A stretch of DNA of 64,000 nucleotides, from the NCBI RefSeq assembly GCF_009914755.1, contig NC_060927.1, one strand, 5' to 3'. Shown in pieces: positions 39,055 through 50,683 of this stretch (its first letter is position 1; every line of letters begins with the position of its first letter). This DNA is from the human T2T-CHM13v2.0 reference genome, Homo sapiens. The notes below the pieces were generated by a model, which saw nothing but the letters and a program-made list of their open reading frames with translations, was not told the DNA's origin and ran no database searches. A program made the position numbers and the translations under genes.

Positions 39055-39416
39055 TTTCACTCACGTCCGTGTGAAGATACCACCAAACAGGCTTTGTGTG
39101 AGCAATAACGCCGTTTATTTCACCTGGGTGCAGGTGGGCTGAGTCCAAAAAGAGAGTCAGTGAAGGGAGATAAGGGTGGGGCCGTTTTATAGAATTTGGG
39201 TAGATAAAGGAAAATTACAGTCAAAGGGGGGTTGTTCTCTGGCAGGCAGAGTAGGGGTCACAAGGTGCTCAGTAGGGGAGCTTTTGAGCCAGGATGAGCC
39301 AGGAGAAGGAATTTCACAAGACAATGTCATCAGTTAAGGCAGGAACTGGCCATCTGGATGTGTACGTGCAGGTCACAGGGGATATGATGGCTTAGCTTGG
39401 GCTCAGAGGCCTGACA
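39055..39416 (-). repeat. HERV-H 3' LTR (LTR7-type, 362 bp)
   Basis: Minus strand reads TGTCAGGCCTCTGAGCCCAAG...GTGAGTGAAA, with AATAAA at about 39114-39119. Confidence 0.96.
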
Positions 39417-39429
39417 TTCCTGTCGTCTT
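39417..39429 (-). other. HERV-H polypurine tract
   Basis: Minus strand AAGACGACAGGAA immediately precedes the 3' LTR. Confidence 0.8.
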
Positions 39430-41398
39430 ATGTTAATAAGAAAAATAAAATGAAATAGTGGTAAAGTGTTGGGACAGTGAAAATTTTGGGGGGTGGTATG
39501 GAGAGATAATGGGCGATGTTTCTCAGGGCTGCTTTGAGCGGGATTAGGGGCAGCGTGGGGACCTAGAGTGGGAGATATTAAGCTGAAGGAAGATTTTGTG
39601 GTAAGGGGTGATATTGTGGGGTTGTTAGAAGAAACATTTGTCATGTAGAATTATTGGTGATGCCCTGGATACGGTTTTGTATGAATTGAAAAACTAAATG
39701 GAATAAGAGAAGGAAAAAAACAGGTATAAAAGGTCCAAGAATTGGAAGGACCTAGGACATCTGATTAGGGAGTGCCTAAGGAGATTCAGCATAGTCCTGC
39801 CAGCAAAGATTATTTATTTACTTCAAGAGTTTAGAGTGGCAGTTTAGGGATAGCACCAGGAGATATCAGCTGTGATGGCTTGGAGAAACAGTGTAAACTG
39901 GCAATGTAAACAAGAGCAGGGCATGTATGAGTAGTTGAGAACGGTGAATAAGTATGACTAGACAGAAGATAGTAGGGATGACAAGTTTTTTGGGGGCACA
40001 GTCTAAGTTGCTCCAGTGTCTGGAATGAGACTGAGGCCTAATAAAAAGGAGCATCTATACGGGAGCTCAAATGGGCTGTACCCTGTAGCATTCTGAGGAC
40101 AGGTCTGACTTCTGAGAAGGGAAAGTGGTAAAAGTATTGTCCAGTCCTTTTTAAGTTGGTGGCTGAGCTTGGTGAGGTGTGTTTTTAAAAGACATTTAGT
40201 CCATTCTACTTTTCCTGAAGACTGAGGACTGTAAGGGATATAAAGGTTTCACTGAATACTAAGAGCCTGAAAAACTGCTTGGCTGATTTGACTAATAAAG
40301 GCTGGTCTGTTATCAGACTGTATAGAGGTGGGAAGGCTAAACTGAGGAATTATGTCTGACAGAAGGGAAGAAATGACTGCGGTGGCCATCTCAGAGCCTG
40401 TAGGAAAGGCCTCTACGCATCCAGTCACAGTCTCTACCTAGACTAAGAGGTATTTTAGTTTTCTGACTTGGGGCATGTTGAGTAAAGCCAATTTGCCAGT
40501 CCTGGGTGGGGGCAAATTCCTGAGCTTGATGTGTAGGGAAGGGAGGGGGCCTGAATAATCCCTGAGGAGTAGTAGAATAGCAGATGGAACACTGAGAAGT
40601 TATTTCCTTTAGGATAGATTTCCACGATGGAAAGGAAATGAGAGGTTCTAAGAGGCGGGCTAGTGGCTTGTACTATAGCATAGCCTGCCTTTGCTGGTGT
40701 GTGGCGATTAGGCCTGGTGGAACTGCCATCAATAAATCAAGCTTGATCAGGGTGAGGAACAGGAAAGAAGGAAATATGGGGAAATGGGGTGAATGTCAGG
40801 TGGATCAGAGAGATACAGTCATAGAGGTCAGGTGTGGTATCAGGAATAATGTGGAAGGCCAGATTGAAGTCCTGGCCAGGAACAATGTTAATTGTGGGAC
40901 TTAACAAAGAGTGAGTACAGCTGAAGGAGCTGGGAAGCAGAAAGTATGTGTCAGGTATGAGGAAGAAAACAGATTTTGGAAGTTATGAGAAATGTAGAGA
41001 GTGAGTTGAGCATAGTTTGTGATTTTGAGGGCCTCTATAAGTATTAGGGTGGCAGCAGCCGCTGCATGGAGACATGATGGCTAGGCTAAAACAGTAAGGT
41101 CAAGTTGTTTGGACAGAAAGCCTACAGGGTGCAGTCCTGGCTCTTGTGTAAGAATTCTGACCGCACTAACCATGCCTAGGAAGGAAAGGAGTTGTTGTTT
41201 TGTAAGGGATTGAGGTTTGGGGGATTACTCGGACACAATCAGCAGGGAGAGCACGTGTGATTTTATGAGAATTATGCCGAGATAGGTAACAGATGAGGAT
41301 AAAATTTGGGCTTGATTGAAGTAATGGGACCTGTCTGTGAAGCCTTGTGGCAGTACAGCCCAGGTAATTTGCTGAGCCTAATGGGTGTCAGGGTCAGT

Positions 41399-41716
41399 CT
41401 AAGTGAAAGCAAAGAGAGGCTGGGATGAAGGGTGCAAAGGAATAGTAAAGAAAGCATGTTTGAGATCCAGAACAGAATAATGGGTTGTAGAGGGAGGTAT
41501 TGAGGATAGGAGAGTATATGGGTTTGGCACCACGGGGCGGATAGGCAAAACAATTTGGGTGATAAGGCTCAGATTCTGAACTAACCTGTAAGCCTTGTCT
41601 GGTTTTAGGACAGGTAAAATGGGGGAATTGTAAGAAGAGTTTATAGGCTTTAAAAGGCCATGCTGTAACAGGCAAGTGATAACAGGCTTTAATCCTTTCA
41701 AAGCATGCTGTGGCAT
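41399..41716 (-). pseudogene. pol: HERV-H pol reverse transcriptase fragment
   Basis: YNSPILPVLKPDKAYRLVQNL..VVPNPYTLLSSIPPSTTHYSVLDLKHAFFTIPLHPSSQPLFAFT, then a stop codon. Confidence 0.92.
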
Positions 41717-41809
41717 GGGATATTGGCATTGAGTGGGGTAACAGTGATTAGGTTTTAATGGGATGGTAAGGGGTGCATGATCCGTTGCTAAGAAGGGAGT
41801 AGAGGTGTC

Positions 41810-42169
41810 TTATACTTGTGGGTTAAGGTGGGGAGATACAAGGGGAGGATGTGAAGGAGGCTTTGAACTGGGAGAAAAGGCGGCAATGAGGTATGGCTGT
41901 AGCCCAGGAATAGTCAGGGAAGCAGATAATTTAGTTAAAGTGTCTCGGCCTAATAAGGGTACTGGGCAGGTGGGGATAACTAAAAAGGAGTGCTCGAAAG
42001 AGTATCGTCTAAGTTGGCACCAGAGTTGGGGAGTTTTAAGAGGTTTAGAAGCCTGGCTGTCAATACCCACAACAGTTATGGAAGCAAGGGAAAGAGGCCC
42101 TTGAAAAGAAAGTAATGCGGAGTGAGTAGCCTCCATATTGATTAAGAAGGGGACGGACTTACCCTCCAC
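41810..42169 (-). pseudogene. pro: HERV-H protease remnant
   Basis: FLINMEATHS..HSFLVIPTCPVPLLGRD. The catalytic DTG reads NME, so it is inactive. Confidence 0.9.
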
Positions 42170-42332
42170 TGTGAGAGTTACCTAGAGTGTCTGTGATGGT
42201 CCTGTAGGCTTCTGAGATGATTGGGCAGCGTCAGTGTTCAGCTGCTAAGCTGAGAAGATCTGGGAAGGAGTCAGTCAGAGAGCCTTGGTCCAGAGTTCCA
42301 GGGGCTCGGAAGTGGCTGCCAGGTGAGTTGAA

Positions 42333-42455
42333 CAGTCCAATTTTCAGTGGGGTCCCGCACAGATGGGACATGGCTTAGGAGGAATCCTGGGCTGTGGGCA
42401 TTCCTTGGCCCAGTGGCCAGATTTCCGGCTCTTGTAGAAAGCTCCTGGGGGAGGA
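42333..42455 (-). pseudogene. gag: HERV-H gag nucleocapsid remnant
   Basis: My translation: PPPGAFYKSRKSGHWAKECPQPRIPPKPCPICAGPH*KLDC. The first zinc knuckle has lost two cysteines and the second contains a stop. Confidence 0.85.
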
Positions 42456-43572
42456 GGTTCTGGAGGAAACCCTGGCAGCTGTGGTTCAGGCGTTTGGAGT
42501 TCTTGTGTGCTGGAGATGTGGCTGGGGTTTGTCTCACAGTGGAAGCAAAGAATTGCAACTCAGAAATATGTTGCTACTTGGCTGCCTCTATTATTGTACA
42601 CCTTGAAGGTGAGGTTAATTAAGTCCTGTTGTGGGGTTTGAGGGCCAGAATTTAATTTTTGGAGTTTTATTTAATGTCAGGAGCAGATTGGATAATAAAA
42701 TGTACATTGAGAATAAGACGGCCTTTTGACCTTTTAGGGTCTAGGGCTGTCAAGCATCTCAGGGTCACTACCGAATGAGCCATGAAACTGGGCTGGGTTT
42801 TTCATATTTGATGAAAGAGCCTAAATGCTCACTGATTTGGGAGAGGTCTGATAAAGAAAAAGGAGCATTAACCTTCACTATGCCTTTAGCTTCAGCCACC
42901 TTTTTAAGAGGAAATTGCTGGGCAGGTGGGGGAGGGCTACTCACGGAATGAAACTGTAAACTGGACCGGATGTCAGGAGGGGAGGTGATAAAAAGATTAT
43001 AGGGTGGAGGAGCAGAGGCTGAGGAAGAATTGGGACCTAGCTCGGCCTGGTGAGGAGCAGCCTGGGGAGGAGGGGAGAGGTCAGATGGGTCTGTAGAAAA
43101 GGAAGATTAGAAAGACTCAGCGACGCTTGGGGTTGGGACTGAGAGGACAGGTGGGAGGGAAAGAAGGAAGATTTGGACGAGTTGCACTGGGCACAGAGAC
43201 TAGGGAGGGACCGATGTGTAAAAGAATGCCTGGACATCAGGCACCTCAGACAATTTGCCTATTTTTTGACAAAAATTATTTAGGTCTTGTAGGATGGAGA
43301 AATCAAAAGTGCCATTTTCTGGCCATTTAGAACAACTGTCAAGTTTGTATTGGGGTCAAGCGGCATTGCAGAAGAAAATAAGGCATTTAGGTTTTAGGTC
43401 AGGCGAGAGTTGAAGAGGTTTTATGTTCTTAAGAACACAGGCTAAGGGAGAAGAAGGAGGAATGGAGGGTAGAAGGTTGCCTATAGTGAAGGAGGCAAGT
43501 TTAAAGAAAAGGGAGAGTAGAGACACAGAGGGAAGAGGTTCAGGGGCTCTTACCTTCCAGAAAAGCGGGAAA

Positions 43573-43710
43573 GGGGTCGGGGCACAGAGATATGAGGTCG
43601 GGGTGTGGAAATAAGGGATCGGAGCACAGAGATATAAGAGGTCGGAGCATGGAAATAAGGGATCGGGGCACAGAGATAAGAGGTTGGGGCATGGAAATAA
43701 GGGATTGGGG
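43573..43710. repeat. Tandem repeats in the HERV-H leader
   Basis: Alternating ~21-23-bp units, ggggcacagagata(t)aagaggtc and ggggcatggaaataagggatc, in three pairs. Confidence 0.85.
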
Positions 43711-44297
43711 ATTCTTGCCCCCTAGAAAAGCAGGACTTGCCAATAAGGGTGAAGGAGAAGGGGTTGAGGGGTTCTTGCCCCTCCCCCAGAAAAGCAGAGA
43801 AGGGGTAGAGACACGGAGAGAAGGGGTTGGGGTACTTGCCCCTCCCCCAGAAAAGCAGGACTTACTGCTAAGGGTGAAGGACCAAGGCAGGCGTCCCTGC
43901 GTGGTCTGACACCTCTGAAACGTGAGTGAATAATCAGAGCAGCGTCCCTGCAATGATTAAACACCAAGGGAAGCCTGCCTTCCCAGTCCGTGACCGGCGC
44001 CAGAGTTTTGGGTCCATGGATAAAATGTGTCTCCTTTGTCTCTACCAGAAAATGAAAGGAATTGAAATTAAGAGAAGGGAGAGATTGAAGTGTGGCACCA
44101 AGATTGAAAGGAGAAAGAGGTTGAGGGATAGTGAGGGAGGTTGGAGAATAGAGTAAAAAGAGGCCTCCTACCGGATTTGAAATTGGTGAGATGTTTCTTG
44201 GGCTGGTCGGTCTGAGGACCTGAGGTCATAGGTGGACCTTTCTCACAGAGCAAAGAGCAGAAGGACAGGGGATTGATCTCCCAAGGGAGGTCCCCCG

Positions 44298-44315
44298 ATC
44301 TGAGTCATGGCACCA
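44298..44315 (-). other. Primer binding site, tRNA-His
   Basis: Minus strand TGGTGCCATGACTCAGAT versus TGGTGCCGTGACTCGGAT (two CpG-type changes). Confidence 0.92.
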
Positions 44316-44317
44316 AA

Positions 44318-44678
44318 TTTCACTCACGTCCGTGTGAAGAGACCACCAAACAGGCTTTGTGTGAGCAGTAAAGCTGTTTATTTCACCTGGGTGCAGGTGG
44401 GCTGAGTCCGAAAAGAGAGTCAGTGAAGGGAGATAAGGGTGGGGCCGTTTTATAGGATTTGGGTAGATAAAGGAAAATTACAGTCAAAGGGGTGTTGTTC
44501 TCTGGTGGGCAGGAGTGGGGGTCACAAGGTGCTCAGTAGGGGAGCTTTTGAGCCAGGATGAGCCAGGAGAAGGAATTTCATAAGACAATTTCATCAGTTA
44601 AGGCAGGAACCGGCCATCTGGATGTGTACGTGCAGGTCACAAGGGATATGATGTTAGCTTGGGCTCAGAGGCCTGACA
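44318..44678 (-). promoter_or_regulatory. HERV-H 5' LTR (LTR7-type, 361 bp), candidate promoter pointing to lower coordinates
   Basis: TATAAAA on the minus strand at 44448-44454 and GGCCCCACCC (KLF/SP-type) at 44437-44446. Activity cannot be shown from sequence alone. Confidence 0.9.
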
Positions 44679-47600
44679 CTGTGTCTCGTAAGAAAGACGT
44701 GGGAGACAGAGGGCTCTGAGATATACAGTAAAGGAGGTGTCTTTGGCTATGTCTAACCCTGAGCTCCTAGACCAGATTACAGAAACCAGGAAAAATAGGA
44801 TTGGTGATTGGACATTAATTTTTGTGTACATCTCAGCTAGTGAGATAATAAGAACCTATCACAATAATTTCTAGGATTAAAACATCACCATCACACAAAA
44901 TTTACCATAGATGCACAACACAGCCAACTTGATAAAGCAAAGTGTCAATTTTTATATATATACATGAATAGATAACTATAAAAATTAATTCTTAGGGATG
45001 CTTGGTGCTGATCTCGGTGGAGCAGCCTAGGTCGGGACATTGAATTTCTGAATTCAATGCACCTGACTTTGGATTTCCTTCAGAACTAAGCCCACTTCCA
45101 CAATTTTTATATTTCAAGTCGAGTGTTTTATAGTACTTGTATTTTGTGTCTGTTTCATTTCTTTTGCTTGTTAATTGATTTTTCATTTATTCAGTTGTTA
45201 TTTATCCAGACTCATTGAATTATGAATGGTGCTAATGGAATTTAAAGATGAAAGACATCTGAAACTACACCACAAAACACTTATATTCTAGTAAGTTACA
45301 TCCAAACAAGCAATTACTATAACCATAAAAGATGAAAGAAGTCTCCCCACATCACACTTTCTTTTCAAATGTTCCCCTTGCTATCCCTACAGGATACCTC
45401 TTGCATTCCTTCTTTTCTAACATCTTTCCCTACACTTCATTCTTTATTCCTCTGCTCACCGACACTCACACTGACTTTGAATACAAGTTTAGAATTGGTC
45501 TAATGAACAGATAACAAGAATGTATTTCCTCTGCTGTTTTAAATAACATTGTTTCCAGCTGAATTATCTCTTTCAGTTTGTATGTACATCCTGAGAGATC
45601 ATTGCCTAATTTTAGTTAAAGAAAAATGACAAGTGGAGTATGTTCTCATGATGTCTGTGTAGCAGCAGCTTTTCAGTGAACATGGAAACTTGATAGTTTT
45701 CATCTCAGAAGAAAATAAAAATTAGGCAGAGACAGTAATGGTGCATTAGACAATAAAAAATATTGAGAATATATGGAAGCAAATAGAGAAATTATAGATA
45801 TACTTTTAAGTTTGGTTCCAAATCCAATAAACATTGCCAGGAAATAGCACAGATTACAATTGGAAGATATGGCTGATTGTAGGGCCCATTGCTGGACAGA
45901 GAGGAATGCATAGGCTGTTGGAATTTTTGTTTGTTTTTTCTGTCTTTGATCACAAGGGCTCATGATGCCAGAAGCTCCCAACAATAAATAATGATTCCTG
46001 TTGACCATGGTCCGTGTTGCAATTTCCATGCTTACCTGTCCGTAGCATAAGCCAAGTCAATTATTCATAGCATCAGCAACTTGACTTCCCCCATTTCCAG
46101 GATGCTTCTTCAACATTCTAATCCTAAAATGTGAACACCTTAATGCTGATATATGATGTATTAAATAAGAATCAACTGTCCCTAACTCTCCAAATTGACC
46201 CTTCAAGGGAAAAGAGACCCTAACTTTAAAAAAAAAAAAAACTAGTTTTCCAGGGTCACCACCTCCCAAAAGACAAAATAGAACAAAACAAAGCCAAAAC
46301 AGCTTCACTGTGTATTAAAATACAAGCGGTTATGAAGTTTTAACAACTGTATACATTAAACTTGCTCTCAGGTGGATTTTCACCTGTTTATCCCCACTGC
46401 CAGTGTTCCAGTACGAACCCTCATCATCACGTTCTGGATTGTGACTGCCACTGCCAGCTAACTCTTCTCCCAACTTCTAACTCAAATTAATGGAGTGGAC
46501 TCTCCAAATAGATCTGATCATCCATGGCTTCCCATTGTCATGGGGATTGCATTCAAATTCTTCCATGTGGAATACAAAGTCTGTCACCATCAGGTCCCAA
46601 ACAATCTTTTCTCCTCTGTCCAGAACTTCCCCCAGCTTGCCCCAGATTTCCTGTGCTCTTCATGTGCTAACTTCTGAAGATCTCCTACTGTGCTGCCTTT
46701 ATTCAAGCAGTTTCCCCTTCCAGGAACTCCTTTCGTGTTACCAGCCATTTGTGTTGTGTATAATATCAAGTTTAAAACTGGATTCTGTGGTTGCCCTCTT
46801 CCAAAAAGTTATTATGTATTTTTATTTTCCCATCCTAAGGCTTCCATGATCTGATCCCTGCCTACATCTCCCCTCTAGAACTCCCTCTTTTCCTCCTCTT
46901 CCGAGGTCTCCATTCTCTATGGGCTGATTCTTCCTTTTCTCCTGGTACATTTCTCCTATTCCTGTCTCAGGCTTCTTCCTATAAACCATTACTGTATGTG
47001 AATCTTGCCTCCATGGTCACTCCTAGAGAGGTTACGGCTCACTGCCAACGTTCTGACTTATCACACATTAATTCTTTATTCACACATATTCACTTTCTAA
47101 GTAAATGGGTAATTGTTATGACTACTGGACTGAAATCTCCCTGAGGTCAGGGGTAGTGACCTGATTGTCCTTTGCCTACATCTGTAACATAGTAACTATT
47201 CATTATTTGTTGAAAGACCTCAATATAATAATGAAGTAAATATAACATTTAAATAAATATAAAATATATATTAATCATAATAAAAATAATAAAAGTGCAT
47301 TATAGAATAATTACAGACTGTCAAACCACCATCATTTTCTCCACTAAATGCAGTGACTTATCCAAGAGAATATGTCTTCATAAAACATCATAATTTGAGA
47401 ATATTTTTAACTAATTGGAGAAAAGGCATTAGGAAGTTTTATTTATTTCAAATTCACACAATCTCATGCGTAAGTGTTCTTTGAGGTTACTATGTTTAAA
47501 GTACACAATAATAATAACTTAATTTTCTTGTTTATGTATAAATTTTTGCTAAAGCATTTATAGTAGCATTATCTACTAAACTTATCTCCTTAAAATATGA

Positions 47601-48559
47601 TTGGCTATCAAATAGTTTGAAACTAAATAATACAAAAAAAAAGCATAAAATCAAATACTTTTACTCAAATTCCACGGATTCCAATGAAAGGAATGTCAGT
47701 TGGGATATTTTTACTATGTTTAAGCTTCTAATACTCTCAGTTACATTTTAGCCAGTTCACATAACCCTAATGTTGATTGAAAATTGTCATGTGCTCTACA
47801 TATTTCTCATGTGAAGACATTTATGACATCTCTTTCAGAGGGGAAGCTTTTTCAAGTTAGAAAAGTCTTTAGTATTATTGTTACAGCTATGATTTGGGGG
47901 TACACTGCTGTGGGCAAACAATAATGAAGGTCACTGAATCAATTCTGGACTTTGGGCAGAAGGCTAAGAGATATTATGGTGCCCATTGTGAAAATAAATT
48001 ATTTGGTTTGGGCATAGCTGAATACACTGTGGGACTGCACGCCATTCAAAGAATCTATTCTATTCTTTTTCCTAAGACAGATATGACAGCAACACTGCAC
48101 CTTAGACTTGGGTGCCAAGTGGTCTGAGATCAGATTGTTCAGCAAAGTGCTAAGAATTGCCAGGCTTCAAGCAGTCCATGTAGAAAATGTGGGAGTTCTG
48201 GTCCTGTAGGACTTGAGTTTGGGCACAGCTCTTCCCCCCGGGAGGAGAAGACCAAAACATTCATACAAGGCAACCTCGGGGAGCTCTGAGGTAACTCATT
48301 AGAAATTCTGGCTGCCATCTCCATGCATACCTTCCCTATTCACAGGCTCTTGTTTTCATGATGACTGAGTAGACACTGAGTCCAAAATATTTTTTTCTTT
48401 CTCTCTAAGGCACTGAATATAGAATGGCCTGGAAACTTGACTTGTTAACAACCAATCAAAGGAGAAATTAATCTTTCAGTGATAACTGGATGAATATAAG
48501 AACACAGAAAAAAAGGTAAGGCAACTGTTCTTTCTGTGAATACCCGCTCACGCCTGTTA

Positions 48560-48718
48560 AATCATCTATTCCTACAATGCCTCTGTGAAGTAGATGTTAC
48601 TAGTCCTCTTATAAAACTAGAAAAGCTCCTTAAAACTAGAAAAAGGAGAACCAGTATGCTGAATAAGTGACCCAAGACTTCATTGCTCCTGAAAGGCAGT
48701 CTTGTCTGAATCCAGACA
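48560..48718 (-). mobile_element. MIR relic
   Basis: attcctacaatgcctctgtgaagtagatgttacta..aagtgacccaaga. Confidence 0.5.
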
Positions 48719-50683
48719 CCATTTGTTGGGGCAGATTTTCTGTGGTTCTTTTCGGAGTTACTATACACACAAAACAGTTTGTTTTATAACTATACAAACT
48801 GCATGAGTCAGTGATTTTTGTGTTATCTGCAGGCCCAAGATACTGTGTCAGTTACTTTCTTTTTTCATTCCTACTCCATTTAATCCTCCACTTCAATAGA
48901 TTTGCTCAAATTCTAATTAAATCAAAAATCAGGGGTTTTCTAACTTTCTTTAATTGATGAAATCCATTTAAAAAGTAAAGTCTAAGTCAGAAATCCACAA
49001 AATATAAATGACCACAGAGAAACTGCTTTGACTGAACTTGGGGTGGGAGATCCACAGACACACCTTTCACTCAAATATAAATAAGGTGTCCCTGAACATT
49101 TTTTGAATACTGAATACTGAAGTTTCATGGACCATGCCAATTTGAAAGCCACTGCTTTCATCAGAAGGTTTGCTATAGAAAACAAGTGTCATGTCTAGCC
49201 ATGAGTTTTCTGGTTATTTTTCTCTGTCTTGGACAGAGAAGGCCATTCCCAGCAGGAGAAGTGATGGTGGCTCACAATCTGTTGAGTTGCAGCAGCAGCA
49301 GCAAATGAAGGACAGCATTTTTCTAAAGTTTTAACTCACAAAATGGGAAAAATCACCTCATTACCCCAGAGGCCTGTTACTGCAACTCAATTGTATGGTA
49401 TACAAATGTTTATGTCATAAAAATTATGCTTTCTATATATCATGTTGGCAATTCAACTACCCTCACCCTTACAGTAAACTCCTATGACATTGTGTGGATT
49501 TGCAGTTCGAGTCCATTTGTCTTTCTGATCCATTAATAGTGCATTTATCATCAAATGAACTTAAAATTATTTGCTGCTCTTTGCTTTCAACAATGTGGAT
49601 GACCAAGGCATTGACACTGGCTGATGAATTTCACTATAGGGCAGAGATTATGAGTACACAGGAGGCTGGTACAGATTTAATGAAAGGGGAGAATAAGAGA
49701 TTCAGGAGAAGGTAGAAATCAGAACAAAATGCAATCACTGAAAAATTTACCCTTTGTAATAGTGCTTCTGCAAATATGAGGTTACAAACACAGCTCCTCT
49801 TTCTGACATTGACAAGGAGGGCCCTAGAAGTGTTTACATCATTCCTGCATCAATAGATTTTACTTACTGATTTGTTCCCAGAGCCTAAAATGGGAATGAA
49901 TATTATACTTGTCTTTATTGCTGAGTGGTAAGAAAAAACAAGATTTGTGTGAAACCAGTGTTGCCTTGGCCTCAATTTGTCATTTAAAATATGTAAAGAT
50001 ATTCAGCTGCTTCAATTCAGTGGGTTAATCAGATAGTCATTTCAGAGACTGTAATGTCAGACATCAACTCTCTATGGGCTCCTTCAGCCATTATACCTAT
50101 ACAATCACTTCTACCTTTAAAACAAAATCAATAGTAACAACAATAACAAAAAGTGACTTTTCTGTTCCTTCTAGGAATTATCCAGTTTGTGCTTTCAAAG
50201 CCAAACAATAAGCCATCTCCTAACTCAATCTCTGCATCACCAGCTTCATTCTGGATTCTAAAACTTGACTTTCCTTAATGCTGTAACCTAATTCTCCCCT
50301 TTCAAAGAGCAGGGAGCACAGCATCAGGAACTCCATGGTGTGTCTGGAGTTTTCAGGCTGTTTGCGGTGGCCCTGAACTTGCCCAGAACTCATCGAGTTA
50401 CCTTAGAAGTATCCAGAAAGAGAGAGGAGACTGTCTTTAAGCAGTAAGTCTAACCGAACCATGAATTCTAAGTGGAAAATAGGAAGAGCAGGAAAATTCT
50501 GGGGAGAAGCAATGAGAAGGAAAACTGGGGTCCAGATGTGGAATTTCTCCATTTTTTATAAAGAAACTAATCCACACTAATATAAGCAAGGAGTAAACAT
50601 TGGCACAGAATTTCCTAATTTCAGCAGCCTTCAGCTTATGACAGTCTTAGGATTCCAAGAGGTAATCTTAGGATCTGATCTTC

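Larger units (their letters stand above)
39055..44678 (-). mobile_element. HERV-H provirus, 5.6-kb internally deleted (env-deficient) form with two LTR7-type LTRs
   Basis: Paired LTRs, perfect TSD CTGTG (39050-39054, 44679-44683), tRNA-His PBS, polypurine tract, and gag/pro/pol remnants. Confidence 0.97.

Noticed and set aside
39330-39644. 104-aa ORF running into the HERV-H 3' LTR
   Set aside because: It lacks Env TM hallmarks and is an incidental frame of the deleted env/LTR junction.
43540-43967. Proline-rich ORFs and a repeat array that superficially resembles CRISPR
   Set aside because: These are HERV-H leader tandem repeats with no unique spacers and no cas genes, in primate DNA.
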